64,000 nt of DNA from Candidatus Omnitrophota bacterium (GTDB lineage Bacteria > Omnitrophota > Gorgyraeia > Zapsychrales > Fredricksoniimonadaceae). The notes beneath the pieces were generated by a model, which was not told the DNA's origin, searched no databases, and worked only from the letters and a program-made list of their open reading frames with translations. Below, in pieces: positions 39,329 through 49,769 of this stretch. Position 1 is the first letter of the stretch; each line of letters starts with the position of its first letter. The position numbers were made by a program, and so were the translations under genes. The stretch lies in contig CAIUQE010000020.1 in assembly GCA_903901225.1 (NCBI GenBank), positions 5,092 through 69,091 of the forward strand, given 5' to 3'.

Positions 39329-39481
39329 CTAGCAGCATCCCTTACGCCCCGACCCGTCGGTCTTGGAAGAACAGGAACAACCGCCGCCCTCATTGGCCAG
39401 CGATTGCATCTTCTTGTCGACTTTGGCGAACAGGTTCGCGAAGAACCCCTTCTTTTCCTTCTTCTGCTTGTCATCACCCAT
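39329..39481 (-). CDS. small Lys-rich / Cys-rich peptide (50 aa), not in the ORF track
   Basis: GGAGG RBS 5 nt upstream of the ATG. Translation: MGDDKQKKEKKGFFANLFAKVDKKMQSLANEGGGCSCSSKTDGSGRKGCC. Confidence 0.45.
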   Translation of the reverse strand: MGDDKQKKEKKGFFANLFAKVDKKMQSLANEGGGCSCSSKTDGSGRKGCC

Positions 39482-39581
39482 ACATGCCTCCTTTTTAGTT
39501 TCGTCGGAAAATCAGGCCTTTGCTTACAATGACGGATTTTCCTATGGCAAAAGCCCGGATTATGTTAATATTCCTCCCGCT

Positions 39582-39653
39582 GTCCCCTTAGCTCAATGGA
39601 TAGAGCACAAGCCTCCGGAGCTTGGGATGGGGGTTCGATTCCCCCAGGGGGCG
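39582..39653 (+). tRNA. tRNA-Arg (anticodon CCG)
   Basis: Manual fold: acceptor GTCCCCT/AGGGGGC (one G:U), D-arm GCTC-AATGGATA-GAGC, anticodon stem CAAGC/GCTTG with loop CUCCGGA, T-arm GGGGG-TTCGATT-CCCCC. Confidence 0.8.
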
Positions 39654-39676
39654 CTCTTTCGCTCCGCGAAAGAGCG
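39652..39676 (+). terminator. hairpin (10-bp stem CGCTCTTTCG/CGAAAGAGCG) starting at the tRNA-Arg 3' end
   Basis: Perfect 10-bp inverted repeat with a 5-nt loop, followed by a moderately T-rich stretch; likely tRNA transcript terminator/processing structure. Confidence 0.45.
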
Positions 39677-39755
39677 GTCTTGTTCGTACCGTTTTGCGTA
39701 GCGACCTATAGAGAGCGCAGCAAAACATTTCTCCGAACAAGACCTATTCCACTGT

Positions 39756-40814
39756 TCATGCGGGTATCTGCTGCGACAAACAATGGCACGTCCCCAGTCC
39801 CACAATGATCGCGCTGCAATCGATCGGAACGATCCTGCGATCCTTAAAAACTCCCTTTAAGATCTTGATGGCCACCTTGTCCTGCGGACAGTTGAACACC
39901 GGCACCAGGACGATCCCGTTGGCGATATAAAAATTCGCGTAACTCGCCGGAAGGCGCTCGTCCTTGCGGTAATAGACGGGCCTTGGCATGGGAAGTTCAA
40001 CGATACGGAATGGCTTGCCGTTCACATCGCGGAAATTTTTGAGGTCCGCGAGATTCTCTTGCAGTATCCCGTAATTATCATCCGCCTTATCAGCTTCAAC
40101 AACGGTCACGATCGTGCGCGCGTCCGTGAACCGCGCGATATCGTCGATATGGCCGTTGGTGTCATCCCCCGCGATCCCGTCCCGGAGCCACAGGACCTTG
40201 CGTACGCCCAGGTTCGCCTTTAACAACCCTTCGATCTGCGCTTTGGAAAGTTGAGGATTGCGGTTCTTGTTCAGGAGGCATGCTTCCGTCGTCAAAAGGA
40301 CACCGGCCCCGTTGACATCGATCGAGCCTCCCTCCATCACCCAGGGAAATGAAAAACATTCCACCCCCAGGAACGCGGCCATCTTCTTCGCGATGCGGTT
40401 ATCCTTGGCCGACGGGTATTTTCCGCCCCAGGCGTTGAAGATCCAGTCGGTGGCGACCACGCGCCCGCTGCCGCGGTGCTTCAGAAAGATCGCGCCATGG
40501 TCCCGGCACCACGCGTCATTCGTCGGGAACAGGTGCAGGAAAACATTACGCCGCACGGCGCGCCGCCGCAATTTCAGCGTGAGCGCGCGGGCCATGGCCT
40601 CATCACAGACATTGACATGGACTTCCTCGACTTTGGCCAGGGCCGCGACAATATCAGCGAACCCTTCCTGGGCGCCCTTGAGTTTTGTAAAGAAACTTTT
40701 TGGATTATGCGGATACGACAGCCACGTGCCCCGGTGGGGTTCCCACTCGGCAGGCATCCTGTAACCTTGAGCGGTCAAGCGATGCGGATCGATATGAACG
40801 GCTGGCATCGTCAC
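39756..40814 (-). CDS. aguA: agmatine deiminase
   Basis: MPAEWEPH N-terminus, CRDHG, and C-terminal GGGIHCITQQ-like TCHCLSQQ catalytic Cys region. Confidence 0.85.
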   Translation of the reverse strand: MTMPAVHIDPHRLTAQGYRMPAEWEPHRGTWLSYPHNPKSFFTKLKGAQEGFADIVAALAKVEEVHVNVCDEAMARALTLKLRRRAVRRNVFLHLFPTNDAWCRDHGAIFLKHRGSGRVVATDWIFNAWGGKYPSAKDNRIAKKMAAFLGVECFSFPWVMEGGSIDVNGAGVLLTTEACLLNKNRNPQLSKAQIEGLLKANLGVRKVLWLRDGIAGDDTNGHIDDIARFTDARTIVTVVEADKADDNYGILQENLADLKNFRDVNGKPFRIVELPMPRPVYYRKDERLPASYANFYIANGIVLVPVFNCPQDKVAIKILKGVFKDRRIVPIDCSAIIVGLGTCHCLSQQIPA

Positions 40815-41707
40815 TCCTGGCCATCCGCGTAACGTTTGAGGATATCCGCGTAACTGTCAATGCGCCGGTCGCGCAGGAAAGGCCACTGGACACGCTTCGC
40901 GTTGATCACATCCAGATCGACCGGGACTACCAGGACCTCTTCTTTTCCGACGGAAGCCCGCTTAATGACCGTGCCGTAGGGGTCGGCCACGAAACTCTGG
41001 CCCCAGAACTCGATCCCGTCCTTGCCAGCCGGATCCTGCTCAAAACCGACGCGGTTGGCGGCCGCCACGTAGCAGCCGTTGGCGATCGCGTGCGACCTCT
41101 GGATGGTTTCCCATGACGCGTGCTGGCGTTCCCCGTAAACGGCCTTATCAGGCGGAAGCCAGCCGATGGCCGTGGGATAAAAGATGATCTGGGCCCCCAT
41201 GAGCGCGGTCAGGCGGGCCGCCTCCGGGTACCACTGATCCCAGCAGATCAGGACGCCGATATCCGCGTATCTGGTCCTGAACACCTTGTACCCGAGATCG
41301 CCGGGCGCGAAATAAAATTTCTCGTAGAACTGGGGATCATCGGGGATATGCATCTTGCGGTATTTTCCCAGGTATTTCCCGTCGGCGTCAAGGACTGCGG
41401 CCGTGTTGTGATAAACACCCTCTGCCCGCTTCTCGAAGAGCGACGCCACGATGACGGCCTTGTGCTTTTTGGCGAAAGCGCCCAGCTCTTTCACCGTCGC
41501 GGAATTTTCCGTGACAGGCTCGGCCAGCTTGAAAAGTTCATAGGATTCCTGCTGGCAGAAATACCGGGACTTGAAAAGTTCCTGGGTGCAGATGACCTTC
41601 GCGCCCTTCTTCACCGCCGAAGCCATGAGCGAAAGGGCCTTGTCAAAATTCCGCCGCGGCGAGGGGCCACAGGCTGTCTGGATCAGGGCGATATCAAGTT
41701 TGGCCAT
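40811..41707 (-). CDS. aguB: N-carbamoylputrescine amidase (nitrilase superfamily)
   Basis: Nitrilase-fold E-K-C triad context (ICWDQWYPE) and overall CPA similarity; translationally coupled to aguA. Confidence 0.85.
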   Translation of the reverse strand: MAKLDIALIQTACGPSPRRNFDKALSLMASAVKKGAKVICTQELFKSRYFCQQESYELFKLAEPVTENSATVKELGAFAKKHKAVIVASLFEKRAEGVYHNTAAVLDADGKYLGKYRKMHIPDDPQFYEKFYFAPGDLGYKVFRTRYADIGVLICWDQWYPEAARLTALMGAQIIFYPTAIGWLPPDKAVYGERQHASWETIQRSHAIANGCYVAAANRVGFEQDPAGKDGIEFWGQSFVADPYGTVIKRASVGKEEVLVVPVDLDVINAKRVQWPFLRDRRIDSYADILKRYADGQE

Positions 41708-41715
41708 GGGTCGTC

Positions 41716-44238
41716 CTAGAATCTTTTTTCGTAAGTGAGCCGGACCATGTGCTGCGTGGAAAGCACCGGCGCCGCGTAATATCCCAACAGAGGATTGGTC
41801 GTCGATGTGTCAACGAAATAGACCGGCCCCACGCCGAACTGCAGCGAGAACGTATTGTCCTTGGGCGCGATATAGCGGCTTTCCAGGAAAACATTGTGGT
41901 AATAACGATAATCCAGGACTTTATCCTTGTTGAACCGGTTAAGGTCATACCCCCGCGACAACGTGTACCGGGCGAAGAACCCGAGGCTTTTCGTCGGCAC
42001 CACGCTGGTCTCAAACCCGAAATGGTCCATGTTGTCGTCGATATTGCCCGCGAAACCGTTGGGGTTGCGCGTGTAATCGAAATACAGGTCCCAGATATTC
42101 GCCGGGCGAAGGTGCAGGCCGGTCTTGAAAATATTATGATAATCATACGGCGACTGGGGCAGGTAACCCTGGTCATACAGCCACGGCATGGGCCCGCGGT
42201 AAAGACGCCCGTTCTGGACGTACGTCTGCGTGCTCATACCGTCAAAAAGGCCGCGCGGGAAATTGTCCTCGGCAAGCGTGAGGTCATTGCTGTATTCCCA
42301 AACACCGTTGACATCCGCCCACTCGGTCAGCTGGTAACGCGCGCCGAGCGTCCCCGTCTCCAGGTTCCTTTTGTCACCGCCGGGGATCGCGTTATTGACC
42401 AGCGGCAGGCCCGTGTCATTGTTGGTGACGAACGGGTCCTCGTTCATGCGTGTCCGTGGCATCCCGTGCCAGAGGGCCAACCCCTCGAGCGTCAATTCAT
42501 CGGTCGTCTTCCAGGTCCATTCTGTCCGCGCCACGTTCTCGATCGTGTTATTCGCGTTGGTCGTCACATGGCGAAAATCGGCCATGCCTTCCACTTTTCC
42601 GTCAAATAAGAGCGTGTCCGCGCGCGCGCCGGCCACATCGCGGCCAATGTCGATCCCGTTGCCGAGCGCGAAAGCTTCCTGGTCCGACTCCGACATCGTG
42701 GCTTTGGCCCCCGGCATCTTGCGGTACAACGACGGATAAAATGTCAAATGCCGGCTCCAGAACGCGTCATCACGGGTCTTGTGATAATTCGACAGCGTCG
42801 ATTCGAACCCTCTGTCCATCCGGGCAAAAAAGAGCTTGCCCTTGTAAAGCGACCCGCCCTCCATCGTCCGCTGGGACATGTAATCTTTCTTCAGGAGGTC
42901 GACAGCATTGGAGATCGCTTCGATGGACGCAAAATACGCTTGCCCCTCTTCCTTGGTGCGGTAGGTATGGTTGCTCCAGTCGTTATGGCTGACCGAGGAA
43001 CTCACCTGCGCCTGCGCCTTGACGCCGTCAACGGGAACGATCGCCGTGTCCGTGCTGGCGACATAATTCTGCTCATCGACCCTCTTGTCAACAAAACCAA
43101 GGTGCATGTTGCCGGTCCCGCCGATATAAGCATTGTCGCCGAGGTACTGCTTGACGCGCAGGCTGCCCGGAACGGCGGTCACCTCGTTATAATCCTGCCA
43201 CAGCGTCTTGGGCGAAGCCACGGTGGCCTGGATCGTCGTGTCCTCCCCGGGATGCGCGTCGAGCGCCACGCCGCGCAGGGCGGTCAAGTGCGTCCCATCG
43301 CTGTCACGGGTCGCGAACGCAAGGCCACTGTCCCAGTACCCCTTGGAAAAATCCTCCGGCAGGGCGGTCAGGTGATTGACCTGCCCGCCGCGCCAGTCAT
43401 TCAGCCACGGGCTTGCTTCCCACCAGGTCTTGTTATTGGAAAGCCTCAACGGGTCATCACTGGTCAGCGCCTGGTCCTGGTAAGCCATGGGGAATATCCG
43501 TATCTTCCCGGCATCCCCCGGCTTGATGTCGACCCAGAACTCGCGCACGGGCTGGAAGGTAGTTTTCACCTTCATATCCGGCGTGCTGAAAGAATCGCAC
43601 TGCCCCCACTGGTTGCAGATCGTGGAAGCCATGGAAGCCGCGGGAACGGTACTGTTCTTGACCTTGAGCTCAGGCAGGGCCAGCACCCCCGCGTAAGTCA
43701 GGGTGTTGACCGAATGGTTGATCGTGTAACCGTTGTTGCCCCAGAACAAATGCTGGACCCGCGCGGTGTCGCCCCAGGCGCTGGTCACGTCCATGGTGCC
43801 GGTCCTGCCCGTATAGCTCCACGGGTCAACGGTCACGTTCAGGTGCATGCCGACGGCATCCTGGACCGCCGCGTCAACAACCACCTTGATCCGCGAATAT
43901 ATCGCCGGGTCATAGGTGTTCTGGTAGTTGTTCAGCTGGGCGCCGGAAAGGATGCGGAAATTCCGCTCGTTAAGGTCGGCGCTGGCGCGGGTAAAAACAG
44001 CGCCGTCGTTGGTATTGAACCCCACCGCGGCATGCAGCTCGCCGGACATCTTGACCTTCACGGGAAGTTTGGCAGAACGCAGCACTCCCGCCCCCTGCTC
44101 GAAAGTGTCCATGACGGAATTGACGATGGACGCGCGCAGTTCATCAAGTTCATTGTATTCCTGGGCCGGCGCCAAGCGCGCGCCCAGGAGCAGGATGAAC
44201 CCGCAGCACACCCATGATCTCAACGTGATTTTACGCAT
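41716..44238 (-). CDS. large outer-membrane protein (840 aa), unknown function
   Basis: Signal peptide (LGARLAPAQE), abundant amphipathic Y/W/N/G/T-rich segments, C-terminal ...LTYEKRF. Confidence 0.5.
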   Translation of the reverse strand: MRKITLRSWVCCGFILLLGARLAPAQEYNELDELRASIVNSVMDTFEQGAGVLRSAKLPVKVKMSGELHAAVGFNTNDGAVFTRASADLNERNFRILSGAQLNNYQNTYDPAIYSRIKVVVDAAVQDAVGMHLNVTVDPWSYTGRTGTMDVTSAWGDTARVQHLFWGNNGYTINHSVNTLTYAGVLALPELKVKNSTVPAASMASTICNQWGQCDSFSTPDMKVKTTFQPVREFWVDIKPGDAGKIRIFPMAYQDQALTSDDPLRLSNNKTWWEASPWLNDWRGGQVNHLTALPEDFSKGYWDSGLAFATRDSDGTHLTALRGVALDAHPGEDTTIQATVASPKTLWQDYNEVTAVPGSLRVKQYLGDNAYIGGTGNMHLGFVDKRVDEQNYVASTDTAIVPVDGVKAQAQVSSSVSHNDWSNHTYRTKEEGQAYFASIEAISNAVDLLKKDYMSQRTMEGGSLYKGKLFFARMDRGFESTLSNYHKTRDDAFWSRHLTFYPSLYRKMPGAKATMSESDQEAFALGNGIDIGRDVAGARADTLLFDGKVEGMADFRHVTTNANNTIENVARTEWTWKTTDELTLEGLALWHGMPRTRMNEDPFVTNNDTGLPLVNNAIPGGDKRNLETGTLGARYQLTEWADVNGVWEYSNDLTLAEDNFPRGLFDGMSTQTYVQNGRLYRGPMPWLYDQGYLPQSPYDYHNIFKTGLHLRPANIWDLYFDYTRNPNGFAGNIDDNMDHFGFETSVVPTKSLGFFARYTLSRGYDLNRFNKDKVLDYRYYHNVFLESRYIAPKDNTFSLQFGVGPVYFVDTSTTNPLLGYYAAPVLSTQHMVRLTYEKRF

Positions 44239-44309
44239 GGTCTCCCGGATAAAAAATTACTATATATTAATGATGATAAATCAATAAAAATTGAAGGACA
44301 AGGGGGAAA

Positions 44310-45254
44310 TCAAAATTCTGCGAGGATCGCCGTGAGGCAGCTTTCCGCCATGAAACCACTGCCCGTAAAATCCGCGTCCTGGCCCAGCGGCTGAAATTTT
44401 TTGACCGGACGGCCGCGCGCGGCTTTCTGCACGATATTCTGAAGGTGGGAATGAAGCATTTCACTGTGATTGGTGGCCACGAACACAACACCGCCCGGTT
44501 CCAGGATGGTGAGGGCGTCCTGCACCAGGCGCGGCAGGTCTTTCTTGACGCTGAACGTCCCACCGTCGTTACGGGAGAAGGACGGCGGATCAAGGATGAC
44601 CATCCCGAAGCGGTTATCTTTCTTGACCGCGCGCGCGAGGTATTCAGACGCGTCGCCGCGAATGAACTCGTTGCGTTCACACGTCAGCGCGTTGAGCTCA
44701 TAATTCACCCTTCCGCGTTCCAGTATTTTCTTGCTGACATCCACATTGACTACGGCGGCGGCTCCCTGGAGACGGGCATGGACACCAAAAGAACAGGTGT
44801 AGGAAAAAAGGTTCAGGACCTTGCGCCCCCCGGCCAGTGAAGCCACAAGCCGGCGGTTGGCGCGCATGTCCAGGAAAAGCCCGGTGTTGAGGGTGTCGTT
44901 AAGGTCGACACTGAATTTCACGCCGGACTCTTCAACGGTCGTGGACGAAGAGCCGCCATCGAGCACAATATTGAACCCGATCTCGTCGGGCCGCGCCGAA
45001 GGGCCGCGCGTGCGGTCCTTGATGATGAAATACCGCGCCCCGTGGCCCTTGACAAAATCGAGCAGGATCTCTTTTTCGGAAAGCCAGCGCGCGTCAAATA
45101 CCTGCGCGACAAAATGCTGCGCGTACTGCTCCAGCACAAGCCCGTCAAGCCCGTCGCCGTAGCCGTTGACCAGGCGCACGGCGTTGGTCGACGCGCGCAA
45201 GGCCTCACGTTTGTTGAACGCTTCTTGCAGGAGATCAAGGGTCGCGCCGCCCAT
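44310..45254 (-). CDS. class I SAM-dependent RNA methyltransferase (RlmI/RlmK-like)
   Basis: Start at MGGATLDLL (45254), one nt after the rho stop; VLNLFSYTCSFG and VILDPPSF motifs of RlmI-type MTases. Confidence 0.65.
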   Translation of the reverse strand: MGGATLDLLQEAFNKREALRASTNAVRLVNGYGDGLDGLVLEQYAQHFVAQVFDARWLSEKEILLDFVKGHGARYFIIKDRTRGPSARPDEIGFNIVLDGGSSSTTVEESGVKFSVDLNDTLNTGLFLDMRANRRLVASLAGGRKVLNLFSYTCSFGVHARLQGAAAVVNVDVSKKILERGRVNYELNALTCERNEFIRGDASEYLARAVKKDNRFGMVILDPPSFSRNDGGTFSVKKDLPRLVQDALTILEPGGVVFVATNHSEMLHSHLQNIVQKAARGRPVKKFQPLGQDADFTGSGFMAESCLTAILAEF

Positions 45255-45255
45255 G

Positions 45256-46230
<975 letters not shown>

Positions 46231-46241
46231 TATGGGATTGA

Positions 46242-46278
46242 TGATAAATAGGCCCTCCAGCCTTGCGGCTGGAGGGCT
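46242..46278 (-). terminator. rho-independent terminator of the csp gene (GCCCTCCAGCC-GCAA-GGCTGGAGGGC + T-rich tail)
   Basis: 11-bp GC-rich stem followed on the minus strand by TATTTATCAT; sits ~25 nt downstream of the csp stop and ~15 nt upstream of the rho start. Confidence 0.65.
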
Positions 46279-46301
46279 TATTTACAGAACCGAAAAAGCT
46301 A

Positions 46302-46502
46302 TTACAGCTTCACGACGTTCTTGGCCTGCTCGCCCTTGGGACCCTGAGCGATCTCAAACTCGACAGCCTGGCCGTCGCTGAGCGTTCTGTGGCCTTCGCC
46401 CTGGATCTCGCTGTGATGCACGAAGACATCTTTGCCGGACTCAGGTGTGATAAAACCAAAACCTTTTTTGTCGTCGAACCACTTCACTTTACCTTTAACC
46501 AT
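46302..46502 (-). CDS. cspA: cold-shock protein (CspA family, single cold-shock domain)
   Basis: [16 protein letters not shown] (RNP1) and DVFVHH (RNP2); 66 aa. Confidence 0.9.
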   Translation of the reverse strand: MVKGKVKWFDDKKGFGFITPESGKDVFVHHSEIQGEGHRTLSDGQAVEFEIAQGPKGEQAKNVVKL

Positions 46503-46619
46503 GAAACTTTCTCCTTGTTAGTAGAATTTGAGCAAATTCTGGCGGACCAAACAAAAAGACCACAGGGGTGGTGTTCCTTTTCCCTGCGGTCCAAGATCAC
46601 TTCACCAATCTGCTCGGTT

Positions 46620-46651
46620 GTAAGTATGCATCATGATACCTGTTTTGTCAA
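46620..46651 (-). promoter_or_regulatory. candidate sigma70-type promoter with long 5'UTR for csp
   Basis: Minus-strand TTGACA, 17 nt, CATACT, ~115 nt upstream of the csp ATG. Long 5'UTRs are typical of csp genes. Confidence 0.35.
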
Positions 46652-46678
46652 ATAAATATTTTGCGTGTGTTGCCCGGG

Positions 46679-47611
46679 CTAAAGGGCAAGCGCTTCCAGG
46701 AGGCGGATGTTAAGTTTTTCATTGGCCGCCTGGACTTCACGGAACGCCTGGTGGCGCGCGCTGTGGTCCGCGGGATGGTCGTGCCGGGCAATGAACGCCT
46801 TGATCCTGCCGTCCATTACCGGCGGCGAATAATCCCCCGCGATGTCACAGCCGATGATATCAAAATTTTCCCGGATAAGCTTCAATAATAAAAGGACCTC
46901 GGGCAATCCAAAAAGGCCCGGCTCCCAGTTCGTCCGCGAACAGGATGCCCGCAGGCAGTCTTTATCCAGGCTGACATAAACTTTCTTCGTTCCCAGGCGC
47001 CCCGCCAGATCTGCGATGAATGACGTCAGGTCCATGCCCTGCAACTGCCGCCATTCGATCGTGGCACCGCACAGGCCGGGGCGGACTTTCACGGAAACAT
47101 TATCCACGGGGACTTTTCTGAACAGTGTCACCGTCGGCGCGTGCCGGTAAGGATAGATCTCAACGCGGCCGCCCGCCAAAGCGGCCAGGTTCCCGGTCTG
47201 GATCGCGGGCATGGCAATATCATCGGACCCGACGCCCAGCAGCACGACTTTCTTCACATGGGGACGGCGCAGGATACGGGAAACCCATGAACCGCAGGCA
47301 AGCCTTGGCGGAAGGATATCCCAATCCGGATGGTGGTCAAGGACGATCACGGTGAGCGGCTCATCGAACTGGTCGATCAGGAGGCTTGAAACATGATGGA
47401 AATCGCCGGAGCCGAGGAATGTCACCGCGTTCCTCAGCCGCGGGTCGAACGCGGCACTGACCTTGCGGGCGTTGGAAGAATTGCTCCACAACCTGACAGA
47501 CGGGCCGATAGCCCTCAGGCCGACAACAGCCGGATGGTAGCGCTCAACCAGGGCCTTCTGCTCCGCCACCGTTGCGTCAAAATCCAGGATACGGACCTTG
47601 TCAGAAAGCAT
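46679..47611 (-). CDS. arginase/agmatinase/formiminoglutamase-superfamily protein (divergent, UPF0489-like)
   Basis: Degenerate ureohydrolase metal-site motifs GSGDFHHVS, LDHHPD, SLDKD. Confidence 0.45.
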   Translation of the reverse strand: MLSDKVRILDFDATVAEQKALVERYHPAVVGLRAIGPSVRLWSNSSNARKVSAAFDPRLRNAVTFLGSGDFHHVSSLLIDQFDEPLTVIVLDHHPDWDILPPRLACGSWVSRILRRPHVKKVVLLGVGSDDIAMPAIQTGNLAALAGGRVEIYPYRHAPTVTLFRKVPVDNVSVKVRPGLCGATIEWRQLQGMDLTSFIADLAGRLGTKKVYVSLDKDCLRASCSRTNWEPGLFGLPEVLLLLKLIRENFDIIGCDIAGDYSPPVMDGRIKAFIARHDHPADHSARHQAFREVQAANEKLNIRLLEALAL

Positions 47612-47626
47612 GCGTCCTCTGTCCGT

Positions 47627-49030
47627 TCACGCCGTCGCGGCAATGCCTTTTTTCAGGGCTTCCTCGAAAAGATCCACCGCCAGGTCCATCTCTTTTTCCG
47701 TGATGTCGAGCGATGGCGCCAGCGTGAAAACATTTTTGTAATAACCGCCGACATCGAGAATAAGCCCCTGCCTGCGGCCGCCCGCCGTCAGTTTCCCGCT
47801 GAGGCCGATATTCATGATCTCGTCCGTCAGTTCACGGTTGGGCGTGAAGCCGTCTTTCTGGCAGATCTCGATGCGCAGGGCCAGGCCCAGGCCGTCGACT
47901 TCCCCGACCTGCGGGTATTTTTTCTGCAGCTTCTTGAGCCGCGCCACAAAATATTTCCCCTTCAAAGGAACGGTCTTTTCGTAATCAGCATCCTCGATCA
48001 GTTTCATCACCTCGAGGCCGACCGCGGTACCCAGCGGGTTGGAAGAAAAAGTCGCGTGCGTCGAGCCGGGCGGAAAAACGGCCGGTGATATCAGCTCTTC
48101 CTTAGCCCAGATCGCGGAGATCGGGTTAAGGCCATTGGTCAAAGCCTTGCCGAACACCATGATGTCGGGCGTCACGTCAAAATGCTCGATCGCCCACAGC
48201 TTGCCCGTCCGGCAGAAGCCCATCTGGATCTCGTCGTCCACAAAAAGGATCTTGTAACGGTCGAGTATTTTTTTCAAGGCCGCGAAATAACCTTGCGGCG
48301 GGATGATATAGCCGCCCGTCGCCTGGATCGGCTCGACAAAAAAAGCCCCGAATTCGCACTGGCGGGTCTTGGTGTTGACCAGGGAATAATATTCCGACTC
48401 AAAAAGCCGCTCAAACTGCTGCAGGCACGCGAAATTGCACGTTGCTTTCTTTTTCCCCAGCGGGCAGCGGAAGCAATACGGATAGGGCACGAAATTCGCC
48501 CGGTCGCCGAAATGCCCGAACTTTTCACGGTAACGGTAACTGGAGGTGATCGCGGTCGCGCCCAGGGTCCGGCCATGGTAACTGCCCATGAACGCGAAAA
48601 CCGGATTTTTCTTCGTGTGGTTGCGGACCACCTTGATGGCATCCTCGATCGCCGAAGCCCCGCCGACGTTGAAATGCACGCGGCCCTTGGCGCTGAACTT
48701 TTTCTCGATGTCGCGGGCGATCCTGGCCGACAAGAGGATCTTTTCCTTGTGCAGGTACTGGCAGGCCAGCTGCGGCAGCGTCTCGATCTGGCGGATGAGG
48801 GCCTCTTTCAGCCGCGGCTGGTTATAACCGAACGTCGCCGCCGAATACCACATCTGCAGGTCCAGGAAAGGCGTGCCTTCCTGGTCGTAAAGGTAGCTGC
48901 CTTCGCAACGGGTGAAAATGTTCAGCTCCTTGGCGTAATGCACCGTGTCCCCCCACGAGCAGTACTGCGCCTCAAGCTTCAGCAGCTGCGGGTCGGATAT
49001 TGTCTTTTCAGCTTCGATCTTTTTGCTCAT
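47627..49030 (-). CDS. class III (aspartate aminotransferase family) PLP-dependent aminotransferase
   Basis: GGASAIEDAIK, FVDDEIQMGFCRTGK, and a VFGKAL PLP-lysine region. Confidence 0.75.
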   Translation of the reverse strand: MSKKIEAEKTISDPQLLKLEAQYCSWGDTVHYAKELNIFTRCEGSYLYDQEGTPFLDLQMWYSAATFGYNQPRLKEALIRQIETLPQLACQYLHKEKILLSARIARDIEKKFSAKGRVHFNVGGASAIEDAIKVVRNHTKKNPVFAFMGSYHGRTLGATAITSSYRYREKFGHFGDRANFVPYPYCFRCPLGKKKATCNFACLQQFERLFESEYYSLVNTKTRQCEFGAFFVEPIQATGGYIIPPQGYFAALKKILDRYKILFVDDEIQMGFCRTGKLWAIEHFDVTPDIMVFGKALTNGLNPISAIWAKEELISPAVFPPGSTHATFSSNPLGTAVGLEVMKLIEDADYEKTVPLKGKYFVARLKKLQKKYPQVGEVDGLGLALRIEICQKDGFTPNRELTDEIMNIGLSGKLTAGGRRQGLILDVGGYYKNVFTLAPSLDITEKEMDLAVDLFEEALKKGIAATA

Positions 49031-49769
49031 GGGGCCATCCTTTCAGGGCTTCATAAACATCACGCAGGTCCTTATACCAAATGAATTTCTTGCCTTTCTG
49101 GCGCAAATGCTCGGCCAGGCTGTCCTTGGCGAAAACCATGTGCGCCTGCAACGAGGCGCAAAAATCCGAACGTCCGTCACCAACGTAAACCAGCACCTTG
49201 CCGAGGTTGTCCTCGTTGCGCAGATGCGAGGTCTTGCAGTTGGCGCAGCGCCCGCACGCCGCGTTGCGGTAAGGGAACACCGGCGAAATGCGGTCATCCT
49301 GGACGCGCATGCGGTTCGCCAGGATCTTCACGCCATGCACATCATTGCTTTTCAGTATGGTCTCGATCAGAAAATTGAAACTGTCGCTGACGATGAGCGG
49401 GCGCACGCCGCCGCGCCGCAGCAGGACCAGGGTGCGGTGGAAATACGGGTCTATCTCGATCCCGGAAAGGTAATCCACCAGCTGCCGCCGCGTGGCCCTC
49501 AGCGAGCGCAACTGGCCGCGCAGGCATTCTTCCGACCCGATCTTTCCGGCCTGCCACTCTTCTTCCAGGACGCGCCATTGCCGGTCAACGGCAAAATGCT
49601 CGATCATATCGTCGAGGACATCGATCTTGGATATGGTATGGTCAAAATCGAAATAAAACCGGCACTGCGCCAGGGCAACACGCCGCGCGGCGATATCCGC
49701 CATATCCCAGCCGGACGCGGTGGCATTCACCAGGAAATCCGTCTTCTGGGACACCGGTATTTCAAACAT
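49008..49769 (-). CDS. HAD-superfamily phosphatase, MtnX-like (HAD-IB)
   Basis: Start at MFEIPVS (49769). FYFDFDHTI (DxDxT motif I), VGDGRSD (motif IV), CGRCANCK cysteine pair as in MtnX-type proteins. Confidence 0.55.
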   Translation of the reverse strand: MFEIPVSQKTDFLVNATASGWDMADIAARRVALAQCRFYFDFDHTISKIDVLDDMIEHFAVDRQWRVLEEEWQAGKIGSEECLRGQLRSLRATRRQLVDYLSGIEIDPYFHRTLVLLRRGGVRPLIVSDSFNFLIETILKSNDVHGVKILANRMRVQDDRISPVFPYRNAACGRCANCKTSHLRNEDNLGKVLVYVGDGRSDFCASLQAHMVFAKDSLAEHLRQKGKKFIWYKDLRDVYEALKGWPHEQKDRS

